From: Lentisphaerales bacterium
GTDB lineage: Bacteria; Verrucomicrobiota; Kiritimatiellia; SPBP01
Assembly (NCBI GenBank): GCA_032123355.1
Contig: JAQBFM010000079.1
Coordinates: 1 to 54,837 of the forward strand
Direction of reading: 5' to 3'
DNA: 54,837 nucleotides
Positions 20,175 to 30,046 of the stretch are shown here, in pieces (the stretch's first letter is position 1; each line of letters opens with the position of its first letter). The notes under the pieces were generated by a model. The model was given only the letters and a program-made list of their open reading frames with translations, had not been told where the DNA came from and made no database searches. The translations under genes were made by a program, and so were the position numbers.

Positions 20175-21629
20175 TTACTCCTTCATTGACACAAGAAACT
20201 CAACGTTGCTCTTCGTCTTCTTCATTCGATTGACAATAAGCTCCATTGCCTCGACCGGCGGAATCCCGTTAATCGCCTTTCGCAGTATCCATATCTTACC
20301 CAGTTCATCTGGATGAACGAGCAGCTCTTCCTTGCGCGTACCCGACTTCTCGATATTGATCGCAGGGAATATTCTCTTGTCCACCAGATGCCTGTCCAGA
20401 CACAATTCCATGTTCCCGGTGCCCTTGAATTCTTCGAAGATCACCTCGTCCATCCTGCTTCCGGTATCAACCAGAGCAGTAGCAATGATTGTCAGGCTGC
20501 CACCCTCCTCGATATTCCTGGCAGCACCAAAGAAACGTTTCGGTTTCTGCAGCGCATTGGCATCTACACCACCCGACAGAATCTTGCCGCTGTGGGGCTG
20601 AAGGGTATTGTAGGCCCTTGCCAATCGCGTGATGCTGTCGAGGAGAATTACCACATCCTTGCCACACTCAACCATCCGCTTGGACATCTCGATAACGATT
20701 TCAGCAACCTGCACATGACGTTCCGGCGACTCGTCAAAAGTCGAGCTCAGCACATGGGCCTTGGTTGTTCGCTCCATGTCCGTCACTTCCTCAGGCCGTT
20801 CGTCAATCAGCAGAATGAACAGCTCAGCATCTGGATGATTAGTCGAGATACTGTTGGCCATCTTCTGGAGCAACACCGTCTTCCCCGTTCGAGGAGGTGC
20901 GACGATCAACCCGCGCTGTCCGAAGCCGATAGGAGTGAAGATGTCCATCACCCTCATCGATATTTCCTCGGGGTTCACCTCAAGGTTGGACCGCCTGTCC
21001 GGGAACAACGGAGTGAGATTCTCGAATGGCGTCTTGACTTTAGGCTTCTCGGGATCCTGGTCGTTGACTTCCTCCACCTTGAGCAGAGCGAAGAATCGTT
21101 CTTTTTCCTTAGGCTGCCGTATTTCGCCCCGTACGAGATCTCCTGTTCTCAATGCGAACCTTCTGATCTGCGAAGGCGACACATAGATATCCTCTGCACA
21201 GGGCACATAGTTGTTATACGGTGACCGCAGAAATCCGAACCCATCTGCCAGGATTTCGAGCACTCCTTCGCCGAACAGACGGCCGCTAGACCGTGCACTC
21301 GCCTTAAGAATCTCGAAAATCAGCTCATGTTTCCGGAGAGCTCCGAGGTCCGTAAGCCCCATCTCGGCCGCCATTTTGCTCAACTCAGGAACAGACATCT
21401 TTTGGAGTTCCGGCAAGCGCATATCGACGCCGAGCTTCTCGGGATCAATCGGGCCCCGCTGTTCCGCCCCGTCGTGCGGTGTTCCGTTTCCATTTCCGTT
21501 AGGAGGCGAGCTCGGCACATCCCTGTGTTCACCAACAGGTCGTCGATTGTCAACCCGATCCTTCTGCCTCGGGTGTCGGCTTCGTCGTCCTCGCACCTGC
21601 CAGTTCGGTTTATCGCTATTTCCAGCCAT
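20175..21629 (-). CDS. rho: Transcription termination factor Rho
   Basis: [57 protein letters not shown]; ~70-aa extra N-terminus. Confidence 0.99.
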   Translation of the reverse strand: MAGNSDKPNWQVRGRRSRHPRQKDRVDNRRPVGEHRDVPSSPPNGNGNGTPHDGAEQRGPIDPEKLGVDMRLPELQKMSVPELSKMAAEMGLTDLGALRKHELIFEILKASARSSGRLFGEGVLEILADGFGFLRSPYNNYVPCAEDIYVSPSQIRRFALRTGDLVRGEIRQPKEKERFFALLKVEEVNDQDPEKPKVKTPFENLTPLFPDRRSNLEVNPEEISMRVMDIFTPIGFGQRGLIVAPPRTGKTVLLQKMANSISTNHPDAELFILLIDERPEEVTDMERTTKAHVLSSTFDESPERHVQVAEIVIEMSKRMVECGKDVVILLDSITRLARAYNTLQPHSGKILSGGVDANALQKPKRFFGAARNIEEGGSLTIIATALVDTGSRMDEVIFEEFKGTGNMELCLDRHLVDKRIFPAINIEKSGTRKEELLVHPDELGKIWILRKAINGIPPVEAMELIVNRMKKTKSNVEFLVSMKE

Positions 21630-21630
21630 A

Positions 21631-22221
21631 CTAACTCTCCAGCACGAGCTTCAATGCCCGCTCAGTTTGTTTTCTAAGCCCGTCCAGGCTTCCCGCATTG
21701 TATAGAACAACATCACTTCTCTTCATCTTCTCCGTCACATCATACTGGGCCGAGATTCTCCGTCTCGCTTCGGGCTCACCGAAACCCCTTTTCGCAAGAC
21801 GCTGCAACTGTTTCTCCAACGGAGCCGCAACGCACACTACCCTATCCCAACCCTCCTCGAACCCTCCTTCAAACAGCAAAGGCACGATGACCGTAGCAGC
21901 GAGAACAGGCTCATCGATCTGCTTCAGCCATTGCTCCCAACCGGCCTTCACGTGCGGGTGCACGATCCCGTTAAGAATGCCCCGTTGCTCGGATGATGAG
22001 AACACTATATCGCCGAGTCGATCTCGGTCTATTTCACCGCGCTCATCCAGGAGATCAGAACCAAATTCATCCACCACCTGGTCAAACACTGAACTGCCGC
22101 GGCGCATCACATCGTGGGCTATCGAGTCACAATCACAGACAGCCACATTCATCTCGCGCAGGAATGCCCCCACACGGCTCTTGCCGCAGGCAATACCACC
22201 AGTAACTGCAAGTTTCAACAT
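21631..22221 (-). CDS. coaE: Dephospho-CoA kinase
   Basis: [11 protein letters not shown]-loop, [20 protein letters not shown]. Confidence 0.96.
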   Translation of the reverse strand: MLKLAVTGGIACGKSRVGAFLREMNVAVCDCDSIAHDVMRRGSSVFDQVVDEFGSDLLDERGEIDRDRLGDIVFSSSEQRGILNGIVHPHVKAGWEQWLKQIDEPVLAATVIVPLLFEGGFEEGWDRVVCVAAPLEKQLQRLAKRGFGEPEARRRISAQYDVTEKMKRSDVVLYNAGSLDGLRKQTERALKLVLES

Positions 22222-22384
22222 GGCATGACGCTCAACGCCACACAATCCCCACTCCGCAAATCAGAACAAAGAATGGGTTCACAGTCCAACTGCCATACTC
22301 ATAGAACATGGAAACACTGCAGTTGAATGAAAACGAGATTCGGGAGTAACAAACAAAGACTTAATCAGTATCAGGATTGCCGTC

Positions 22385-22412
22385 ATCTTACCTGAGATTC
22401 CGCCGTTGTCAA
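22385..22412 (-). promoter_or_regulatory. Candidate sigma70 promoter for coaE-rho-tig-clpP-clpX
   Basis: Minus strand TTGACA-16 bp-TAAGAT. Confidence 0.5.
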
Positions 22413-22440
22413 GGGTCCTTCCCCTCCTTTTTTGGGGTGT

Positions 22441-23298
22441 CTATCCCCGCTGATCACGAACGAGGGTGTGCAACTCAAGCTCCTCGAGAAACGGATCGAG
22501 TGCCTCGCTATCTACCGGTTTAACTCCAATATCCGCCAGCTCAACACGGGTATCCAGGTCACGGCGAAGGCGAACAAGATCAACGTTCCTGTCCACGATC
22601 GCACGAGATTCCCTGAGAGCCTCACGAATCCGGACCGGCTCAACCTCTTCAATGTGCGCGTATACCTCCCTTACGCTCTCGTACTTGACGAGCAGTTTCG
22701 CCGCGGTCTTTGGGCCCACGCCGCGAACGCCGGGGATATTGTCGGACTGGTCCCCGACAAGCGCCAGCAAATCGGGGATCACCGCCGGCCCCACACCCAT
22801 CTTCGCCTTCACACCTGCCTCGTCAAGAACATGGTCTATAGCTGAGGGGCGGATCACGGTCACCCCGGCGCCTACGAGCTGTAATAGGTCCTTGTCCGAG
22901 CTGACGACGACGATCGCCATGTCATCTCGAGCGAACCTGGAAACGAGCGTTGCTATTACGTCGTCCGCCTCGCATCCATCCATCATCACTTGAGGGACTC
23001 CTGAAAGTGTCAGGTACCGCGATATTAATGGTATTTGCCCCCTGAGCTCGTCTGGCATAGAGGGCCGCTGGGCCTTGTACGACGCAAGTATCGCCATACG
23101 TTCCACGGGCAGCCCTCCGTCGAACGTGACAATCCAGTGTGTCGGTTGAAGTATCCGCCTGTACTGCTCAATCATGCGTGCAAAACCATACACGGCATTC
23201 GTGGGTATACCCGCTGAGGTCGACAGGGACCGGATCGCAAAGAACGCCCGATAAATGAGGCCGTGTCCGTCTATAATAGCAAGTTTTGCGGAAGACAT
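22441..23298 (-). CDS. Stand-alone 5'-3' exonuclease / flap endonuclease (PolA N-terminal domain only)
   Basis: IIDGHGLIYRAFFA, PTNAVYGF, TFDGG, EADDVIAT, SDKDLLQL, GDQSDNIPGV.GVGPKTA; stops without a Klenow domain. Confidence 0.92.
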   Translation of the reverse strand: MSSAKLAIIDGHGLIYRAFFAIRSLSTSAGIPTNAVYGFARMIEQYRRILQPTHWIVTFDGGLPVERMAILASYKAQRPSMPDELRGQIPLISRYLTLSGVPQVMMDGCEADDVIATLVSRFARDDMAIVVVSSDKDLLQLVGAGVTVIRPSAIDHVLDEAGVKAKMGVGPAVIPDLLALVGDQSDNIPGVRGVGPKTAAKLLVKYESVREVYAHIEEVEPVRIREALRESRAIVDRNVDLVRLRRDLDTRVELADIGVKPVDSEALDPFLEELELHTLVRDQRG

Positions 23299-23415
23299 CG
23301 GAGGCAACTGGTCCTGCAGGACGCACTATACAAACACCGAACCGCTCGTCGGTAGACACTACCTGCCGCCGGATTCGGCTAGTTTATGAAATGGAGAAAC
23401 GACAGGACGAAAAGC

Positions 23416-26250
23416 CTACGGATTCTCGTCGGCCCCGGCAGTCATTGACTCGGTCCCAACGGGGATTGCCTTCCCTGAAGGATCCACCAGTCGAGCTGTG
23501 ACGAAAATAAGCAGGTTTCTCTTTGCGCTGGATTTCTGCTTGGACTTAAACAGACCGCCGATCAGCGGCAGCTCACCAAGGAAGGGAATTCTGTCATCAG
23601 TGCTATTCAAATCCTCGGAGATCAGCCCGCCCATGACCACCGTTGCGCCGTTGTAGACCTTAACTGTGGTGGAAACACTTCTTGCATGAAAGAAAGGCAT
23701 CAGCATCGGAATCCGCGATCCATCCCCAAGTTCATATCCGTAATCATGCCACTCCGGAGGAGTCACGACTTCCGGAGCAAGCGTAAGCTGGATAATACTG
23801 TTCCCCTGCGACAACTCTGGAAGAACCGTCAAAATGACACCCACTTCGCGTGTCTCGAACGTATCCGGCACAACCACCGTCGGCATCACACCGCCCCAGG
23901 CATCGCCACCGGCTATCTGGCCTTGCGTGACTCTGTATTCCGTCGGATAGATGTACTCCGTTACAACGCGAACCGTCGCTTCCAGGCCGGGCTGCGTGGT
24001 AACCTTCGGGGCAGACAGCAGATCAGCATGCCCGCTTTGCTCAATGGCGTGGAGAATCAGCGCCAACTCGGGATTAGTCAACACAGACTGGAAAGTCATG
24101 ATGCCGCTCGAGCCACCCGATGTGCCTGCCGTAGCGCCGATGCCCAGGGTGTTATAACGCAGGTTCTTGGTGAATCCCCCCTGCGTCGCGTTCTCTTGCA
24201 CGAGCATGCGCGGCCGCGCATTCAGCGCTCCCCCGGCGCCCTTTTTGGTCGCAACTTCGAAATCATCCGTAAGCAGCCACTCAAGTCCGAGCTCTTCCAG
24301 GTCAGTCTGCGCAATATCTACGAACCTGGTTTCTATCTCAACCTGCGGCTGCACGACATTAAGTTCCTGCAGAACTCGCTCAAAACTCGCAAGGTTCCCC
24401 TCCGTATTTGCCACAATCAGCTTGCCGATACTGCTATTATAACTGATTGAAGTGCCAATCGGGAACTGGACACCAAGCTGAATGAAATATGCCTTGAGAT
24501 CGCCTGTATCTGTATCCAGCGACGTCGGGGCAAGTGTAATGAATCCGCCACCATCATCACCGCCACCCATGGAAGCGTCTGCCCTCAACCTGGAAATGAC
24601 CGTGGGGTCGACCGCGTAGAACCGCGTCACAATTGTCCCCTCTGCAGCGTTCTGAGGAATAATCATAACGATGTTCTTCTCAACGCGAAACTTGAGGTTC
24701 GCCACCTCGGTTATGATCTTGATCGCATCGAGCAACGTTACGTATCGTGCCTGGAACGACACAGTTCTCTCTTCTTCGTCGCCGATATTGAGGATGATAT
24801 TAACGCCCCTGGCGAGTTCATCTTCTGTCGATTTGTCTGCTGCTATGCTGGCTTCCACCAGAAACTCGATAACGTCCTTGATATTCGCCTCGCGGAAGGA
24901 TATCTCAGGAATCCGAATCGATTCCATTTTATGCCGCAGCTTATCTTCCTCTCTCACGACGATGACCGATGTGTTTGAGCCATATGTTGTTATGCCGGTG
25001 TCAAGATAATGGTTATAGTCCCGTGGGTTCCAGGTCTCCCGCACGTCAGCTATTCGTTCGCGAGACATGGCGTCGCGCTCTGATGTTTCGCGACCATACC
25101 TGCGATTTTGAATACCTTTGAGACGATTGATGGCACTGTCGTTTGATGGGTCGATTGCCAGAACCATCTTAAGGCTCTCGGCCGCCTCCTTGAACTCATC
25201 AACCCGCATGTGTTCATCCGCCTTGCGGATCCACAGCTCGGCCCGTCTTTGCTTCTCCTGGTAGTCGCTGGCAACTCTTCTGCGAACACTATCACGTTCA
25301 GCAATAGACTGTTGCTCAGTAATACGCGCCTCAATCCGTTCCACCAGGCGTTCGGCACCCAGGAACTTCCTGTTTCTTGCCAGCGCCCTTTGAGCCATCA
25401 CGAGCGCCCCATCTTCGCCCGTCAGTTCGCCTTCATTTAGCAGATCCAGCGCCAGGTAGTACTCGGCAATCATTGCGCCGTCATTCGCCCTGCGAAAAGC
25501 ATCTGCAGTCTCCAGCCTCTTCGGAAGATGCGCTTCTGCATTAAGGAAATGATGCAGCGCCGTCTTGTAGGATCTCTCCATGAGTGCCTGTTCGGCAAGT
25601 TCCAGGTCATGCATTCCCTGGATCTCCACAGCGCGGTTACGAATAACCGCTTCCGCTTCCGGACCTTCCATTGTCTCGGCTTCGACCTCCAGCTTGGGAC
25701 CGCGCACCAACCGACGATCAGGCGAAGTTACAAATCCGCCGGGACCCCGCCGCATTCCATCTTCGCCTGCATCTCCACCAGAATCACTGCTAAGAATCTT
25801 TCGCAGGTCTTCCATATCGTCTGTCAAAGGCGTCGGCTGCATCTCCCCCGAGCCCTCTTCCACATCACCGAGCAAAGCTTCTTCATCAGCATCACCGAGC
25901 AAAGCTTCTTCATCAGCAAAGTCAGCATTGACTCCGTCGACAGCGTCCCGCGGAATCTCGCCTTCTGGCTCAATCGGTTCATCGAACATGTCGGGCTCAT
26001 CGAACCCGCCGGCATCGTCCGTTCCCCAGTCGTCAGAGCCGTCAGTTACGGGCTCATCAAAGCCCATGTCTTCGACTGCTCCCTTTTCCGGAGCAACAAC
26101 TTCGGTAGCCGGTTCGGAATCGAAGTCATCGCCGAGCAGATCCGCGAGCAATGCGTCGGAGTCATCCTGTGCAACAACAGGATGGAAAACTATTATCGCG
26201 AGCAAGATCGCAATAACCAGCAACGCTGCATATCGCATATGAACAGACAT
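23416..26250 (-). CDS. Secretin (GspD/PilQ family; Amuc_1098-like) with acidic N-terminus and TPR-like region
   Basis: Signal peptide; acidic low-complexity region; QVEIETRFV, LLSAPKVTT, FETREVGV.L.V.P, IPFLGELPLIGGLFKS, RNLLIFVTARLVDP; start 26250 or 26238. Confidence 0.92.
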   Translation of the reverse strand: MSVHMRYAALLVIAILLAIIVFHPVVAQDDSDALLADLLGDDFDSEPATEVVAPEKGAVEDMGFDEPVTDGSDDWGTDDAGGFDEPDMFDEPIEPEGEIPRDAVDGVNADFADEEALLGDADEEALLGDVEEGSGEMQPTPLTDDMEDLRKILSSDSGGDAGEDGMRRGPGGFVTSPDRRLVRGPKLEVEAETMEGPEAEAVIRNRAVEIQGMHDLELAEQALMERSYKTALHHFLNAEAHLPKRLETADAFRRANDGAMIAEYYLALDLLNEGELTGEDGALVMAQRALARNRKFLGAERLVERIEARITEQQSIAERDSVRRRVASDYQEKQRRAELWIRKADEHMRVDEFKEAAESLKMVLAIDPSNDSAINRLKGIQNRRYGRETSERDAMSRERIADVRETWNPRDYNHYLDTGITTYGSNTSVIVVREEDKLRHKMESIRIPEISFREANIKDVIEFLVEASIAADKSTEDELARGVNIILNIGDEEERTVSFQARYVTLLDAIKIITEVANLKFRVEKNIVMIIPQNAAEGTIVTRFYAVDPTVISRLRADASMGGGDDGGGFITLAPTSLDTDTGDLKAYFIQLGVQFPIGTSISYNSSIGKLIVANTEGNLASFERVLQELNVVQPQVEIETRFVDIAQTDLEELGLEWLLTDDFEVATKKGAGGALNARPRMLVQENATQGGFTKNLRYNTLGIGATAGTSGGSSGIMTFQSVLTNPELALILHAIEQSGHADLLSAPKVTTQPGLEATVRVVTEYIYPTEYRVTQGQIAGGDAWGGVMPTVVVPDTFETREVGVILTVLPELSQGNSIIQLTLAPEVVTPPEWHDYGYELGDGSRIPMLMPFFHARSVSTTVKVYNGATVVMGGLISEDLNSTDDRIPFLGELPLIGGLFKSKQKSSAKRNLLIFVTARLVDPSGKAIPVGTESMTAGADENP
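25863..25916. repeat. Exact 27-bp tandem duplication inside the secretin gene
   Basis: catcaccgagcaaagcttcttcatcag x2, giving ADEEALLGD twice. Confidence 0.95.
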
Positions 26251-26308
26251 CAATCCAGTCACGTTCTTATTGCGCAAGAAATCGCCTACCCTAGAAACCA
26301 CCCTTGGC

Positions 26309-27370
26309 CTAGCGCCCAATTGGCACCTCCTTATTCGTGACGAAGTCAAAAAGTATCACCTTCTCTTTCTTCGCGTCAATATCTTTGACTAAGTATTTCT
26401 GCCCTTTTATGAGAACTTCCTGGCCCACCTTGATGACTATGACTTCGTCGGTGGGAACATACCTCAGTTTTGCTGACTTTTCCCAGTCTCCCTGCTTACG
26501 ATTCATCACCAGCACTATCTTCTTCTCACCCGCTTGAAGCGTCAGTTCTGACACATCTTCCTTCTTGATTGTGTTAAGGGATGGGGTCGGCACATCCATC
26601 GTCTTTTGAACGAAGTCAGCTATAGTAAAGCTCAACACCTGTTCGCCCATTCTCTTCCAGTATGTCTGTCCTTCTACGTGGTTGATAGAGAAGATCATCT
26701 TCTTGTCCTCACCCCTCATGTAGCTCTTGAAAATCATATTGAACGCCGCAACCCTTATTTCGCCAGCTACGAGTTTGCCAAATGCGTAAGCCGGGGGCGC
26801 GCTCTCGGCATCCGTCGGATCCGACTCGACCCCGTATTCCATGGTCGATCGAAACTCCTCTAGATTCGTAAAGCCATCGTCATCAGGATCCTCGGAAGCA
26901 TCATCACTGTTGTTGGAATCCAGCTGATATTTTGCCTCCCACTCATTCGACATGCCGTCGCCGTCGTCATCACCTTCCGGTGGAGACTCCGACCCCGGTT
27001 GCTCTTTGCCGCAGAAAGGACACACCAGGGCCAGGTACTCGATCGGTTTCTTGCACGCCATGTTCACACAGCTGACCCGCGTGGGTGGAACAGTGAGGCT
27101 TTCAGTGGAAACAATAGAGAGCTGAAACGGCTTCTGGATCTTCCCAAGCGCGTCAGCAAATGGTTCGTGCGCTATCGCTTCTACACGCGGAAACTCGGGC
27201 CGGAGTCCTGTCAGCCGTTGTTGAAACTCTTTCTGATCCTTCCGCGCGACCGCAGCTCGTACACCAAGCAGAAATATGGAAGCAATCAGCCCAACGAGAA
27301 CGGCAACGACCGCCATCTTCTCGTAGTGCCCTTTGAAAGCAAATCCCAGTTTGTTAAGATCAAGACTCAT
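26309..27370 (-). CDS. Pilus-like system protein (Amuc_1099-like) with Cys cluster and DxDxDG Ca-binding repeats
   Basis: N-terminal TM; CVNMAC...CPFC; DDDGDGMSNEWE..DPDDDGFTNLEEF; position between Amuc_1100-like gene and secretin. Confidence 0.7.
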   Translation of the reverse strand: MSLDLNKLGFAFKGHYEKMAVVAVLVGLIASIFLLGVRAAVARKDQKEFQQRLTGLRPEFPRVEAIAHEPFADALGKIQKPFQLSIVSTESLTVPPTRVSCVNMACKKPIEYLALVCPFCGKEQPGSESPPEGDDDGDGMSNEWEAKYQLDSNNSDDASEDPDDDGFTNLEEFRSTMEYGVESDPTDAESAPPAYAFGKLVAGEIRVAAFNMIFKSYMRGEDKKMIFSINHVEGQTYWKRMGEQVLSFTIADFVQKTMDVPTPSLNTIKKEDVSELTLQAGEKKIVLVMNRKQGDWEKSAKLRYVPTDEVIVIKVGQEVLIKGQKYLVKDIDAKKEKVILFDFVTNKEVPIGR

Positions 27371-28380
27371 GATTGGGGCCCGACCTGACTTTCTGACGGC
27401 TTCAGGAACGTATACACATCTATCGTTATTGTGACGGTCGCGTTCGCTTCCTTTGCTCTTCCGCTGACTACACGCTGATCCCGATATCTCTTATCATCCT
27501 GCATCTCCGCGTCCTCTGCATCCTCAGACAGCTTGTCCACATCCGTGAACAGATTGTCGGCATCGCCACCGCGCGCCCTTCTGGCCCAGCGAGCACGGGG
27601 ATCCACCTTAGCCTCGGTCTCCTGGACAACGTCCGAACTGGCGGTTATTTCCATGTTTGCAACGACAATAAACATCGGATCCCTGGCAATAGCGTTCAGG
27701 GACTCGACCAAGGCTGCCTCCTTGGTACCGAACTCGAAGATAAACCGTTCCCTCGCATAGATGCTCTCGAAAATATCAACCTCGGACTCCGCGCCTTCCG
27801 CAACAGCAGTTGCTTCAGTCCTGCCTCTTGGCCTGGATGTCGATTCGAACTCCTCACGTTTGATTGCAACCAATTCCTTGATGCCAGCTTTATACAGAAG
27901 AGAGCACAACTGTTCCACCATCCTCAGCTGCTTGGTAAGTCGCGGCACGGCATTTCGAGAGGGCGGTCGACCATCATCGTACGACTGAAAACTGAACGCG
28001 AACCTTTCTGGCAACACAATCTTCGATCCTGACGCTTCCGTTCGCAGATCGCTCTGCATCTTGTTCAAGCTTGCTAACCACTGCAGGGGCGATCCACCCT
28101 CCTTCGGTTCCTGCACCTGCATTTTCCTCATGCTATCCAGCAACGACTTCATTTCCTTCTGGTAATCGTCACGATTCTGCAGGATCGCATCGACGTTTGC
28201 CTGTTCCGGGAAAGGATTCCTGTGATAGATCGATTCCAGTGCAGACCACGCAAGGTTCAGCCCGCTCGAGGAAGAGCCCAGTTTGGCCCGTTCTCTAAGC
28301 AGTAGAATCCCGATCAGCGCCAGCACAACAACTTCCACAGACAGGACAACCATCAGGGCTATCTTTGTTTTGCGTCTCAC
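27367..28380 (-). CDS. Amuc_1100 family pilus-like protein (PilO-like)
   Basis: N-terminal TM, coiled coil, FAFSFQSY...P...LTKQL..V..L...GIKEL pattern; position after pilM. Confidence 0.72.
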   Translation of the reverse strand: MRRKTKIALMVVLSVEVVVLALIGILLLRERAKLGSSSSGLNLAWSALESIYHRNPFPEQANVDAILQNRDDYQKEMKSLLDSMRKMQVQEPKEGGSPLQWLASLNKMQSDLRTEASGSKIVLPERFAFSFQSYDDGRPPSRNAVPRLTKQLRMVEQLCSLLYKAGIKELVAIKREEFESTSRPRGRTEATAVAEGAESEVDIFESIYARERFIFEFGTKEAALVESLNAIARDPMFIVVANMEITASSDVVQETEAKVDPRARWARRARGGDADNLFTDVDKLSEDAEDAEMQDDKRYRDQRVVSGRAKEANATVTITIDVYTFLKPSESQVGPQS

Positions 28381-28392
28381 GATTCTAAGATC

Positions 28393-30030
28393 CTACAGCT
28401 CCATCGGGTTCTTCAACGCTGCGCGTATTGTAAAGCCCAGGCTGTACTCATTCGCAGTCACGATCCGCTCAACGTCAACATCGTCTGTAAAGAAAGAGCT
28501 GGTCTTCAGGGCATTGCCGAATTCACCGACCGTCGCAGCGTCGGGCACTTTGTCGACGAATCCTACGCCGGTAATCCGGAGTTGGCCGACGAACTGCTTG
28601 CCCTCGCGCGTCTCAAGCACGGGGTTCACGGAAGAGATCCACATTCCCTCAACTGTTCTGCTCTTAAGGTCATCCAGGATCTCCATCCATTGAGTGCGAG
28701 CGCTTACAAGATAAAGCAGTCTCTCTGCCTTCTTTTGAACCACAAGCGCCTCGGACATGTATTGATCCAACTGTCCCTGGACCATATCGAAGGCCACCGA
28801 CCCCTGCTCAATCTTTGCCAGATTGCGTTCGGATGTCACCCTGAGTCGCAGGAAATAATACCACCAGACAGAGACCGTCAGCACGAGCCCGACCGCGACA
28901 GCAATAAGAAAAGGAATCTTTGATTTGAACAGCTTGCGCGCCACAAGATGCTGCGGCATGAGATTAATCTCCATCGGACAGGAGAACAGCTTTCTCAATG
29001 CCACCCCGGTCACCTCGCCAAGCAGGTGTATTTTAGTCGCAACATCCTCAGAGGGAATACTGTTTGATACGGTGATGCGCTCGAACGGATTCAAGAACTC
29101 AACATCCAGCCCGAGTTTCTCACGAAGGAAGGTGTCCGTCTGCGGCATTACGCATGTGCCTCCGCAAAGCAGTAGAAGTGATGGCTTCCTTCCATTCTGC
29201 TGACTGCGATAGAAATTGATGGAACGGCTCACTTCAGCATGAAGCCGCGTCATTACGCTTCGTACCGTCTTCGATACCCGGTTGACAACGTGACTCTCTG
29301 CGCCGTCTACGGCCCCGCCAAAAGCCACGAAGGCATGCGCAAGCTTGAGTTCCTCGGCATCCTTGAAGGGAATCTCGAACTCCTTCATGAGCTCCTGCGT
29401 GATCGTGTTGCCGGCTATCGGAATACTCCGGGTAAAGCACCGTTCCTTCTCAATAAAGATCAGGTTGGTTGTTCTGGCCCCCATGTCCATCACGAGCGTG
29501 CAGGTATCGAGCTCGCCGTAGTTGAACCGCACGAGGTTATATAACGCCAGTGGCGCAACATCCACGACTTCCGGATCCAGCCCGGCTGCCTCGACACAAT
29601 CAGTGATCTTCTTCACCACGTCCGTCTTCATGGCAACAAGCATCACGCTCTGAGAACCGTCGGAGCTGTCGATCAGCTGATAATCCCACACCACCTCGTT
29701 TATCGGAAATGGCACATTCTGCTGGGCTTCATACTGAACTATCTGGTCGACCTTATCGTGGGCAGCCGGGGGAAGCTTGATAAAACGCGGGAACACATCC
29801 TTGCCCGAAACCGACAGTAAGACGGGGCCGGGTTTGATGTCCTGCTCCCTCATCATCTCGCGGACAGCCGATACGATATACGCCGAAGTATCCAACTCGT
29901 CACCCGGATCAACTCCGAGCGGAGCGATTGCATACTTGAGCAGCTTCAGGCCCATCGGCTTCAGCTGCTCAAACAAGGCGATCGTCAGCTGACTTGCGCC
30001 GATATCCAGGCTGATAATATCATTCGGCAT
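28393..30030 (-). CDS. pilM: Type IV pilus assembly protein PilM with fused PilN-like C-terminus (Amuc_1101-like)
   Basis: SLDIGAS, EAQQNVPFP, DMGARTT, IPIAGNTIT, RSINFY, LCGG; then INLMP (PilN N-terminal motif), TM helix and periplasmic domain. Confidence 0.88.
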   Translation of the reverse strand: MPNDIISLDIGASQLTIALFEQLKPMGLKLLKYAIAPLGVDPGDELDTSAYIVSAVREMMREQDIKPGPVLLSVSGKDVFPRFIKLPPAAHDKVDQIVQYEAQQNVPFPINEVVWDYQLIDSSDGSQSVMLVAMKTDVVKKITDCVEAAGLDPEVVDVAPLALYNLVRFNYGELDTCTLVMDMGARTTNLIFIEKERCFTRSIPIAGNTITQELMKEFEIPFKDAEELKLAHAFVAFGGAVDGAESHVVNRVSKTVRSVMTRLHAEVSRSINFYRSQQNGRKPSLLLLCGGTCVMPQTDTFLREKLGLDVEFLNPFERITVSNSIPSEDVATKIHLLGEVTGVALRKLFSCPMEINLMPQHLVARKLFKSKIPFLIAVAVGLVLTVSVWWYYFLRLRVTSERNLAKIEQGSVAFDMVQGQLDQYMSEALVVQKKAERLLYLVSARTQWMEILDDLKSRTVEGMWISSVNPVLETREGKQFVGQLRITGVGFVDKVPDAATVGEFGNALKTSSFFTDDVDVERIVTANEYSLGFTIRAALKNPMEL

Positions 30031-30046
30031 GTTGGTCCCTGCCGCA

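Noticed and set aside
22245-22440. Frameshifted continuation of polA
   Set aside because: Under 200 bp, contains stops and a promoter-like motif, and shows no Klenow-like translation in the frames inspected
28393-30030. Cell division protein FtsA
   Set aside because: The actin-like fold is shared, but the PilN-like tail and linkage to a secretin indicate PilM
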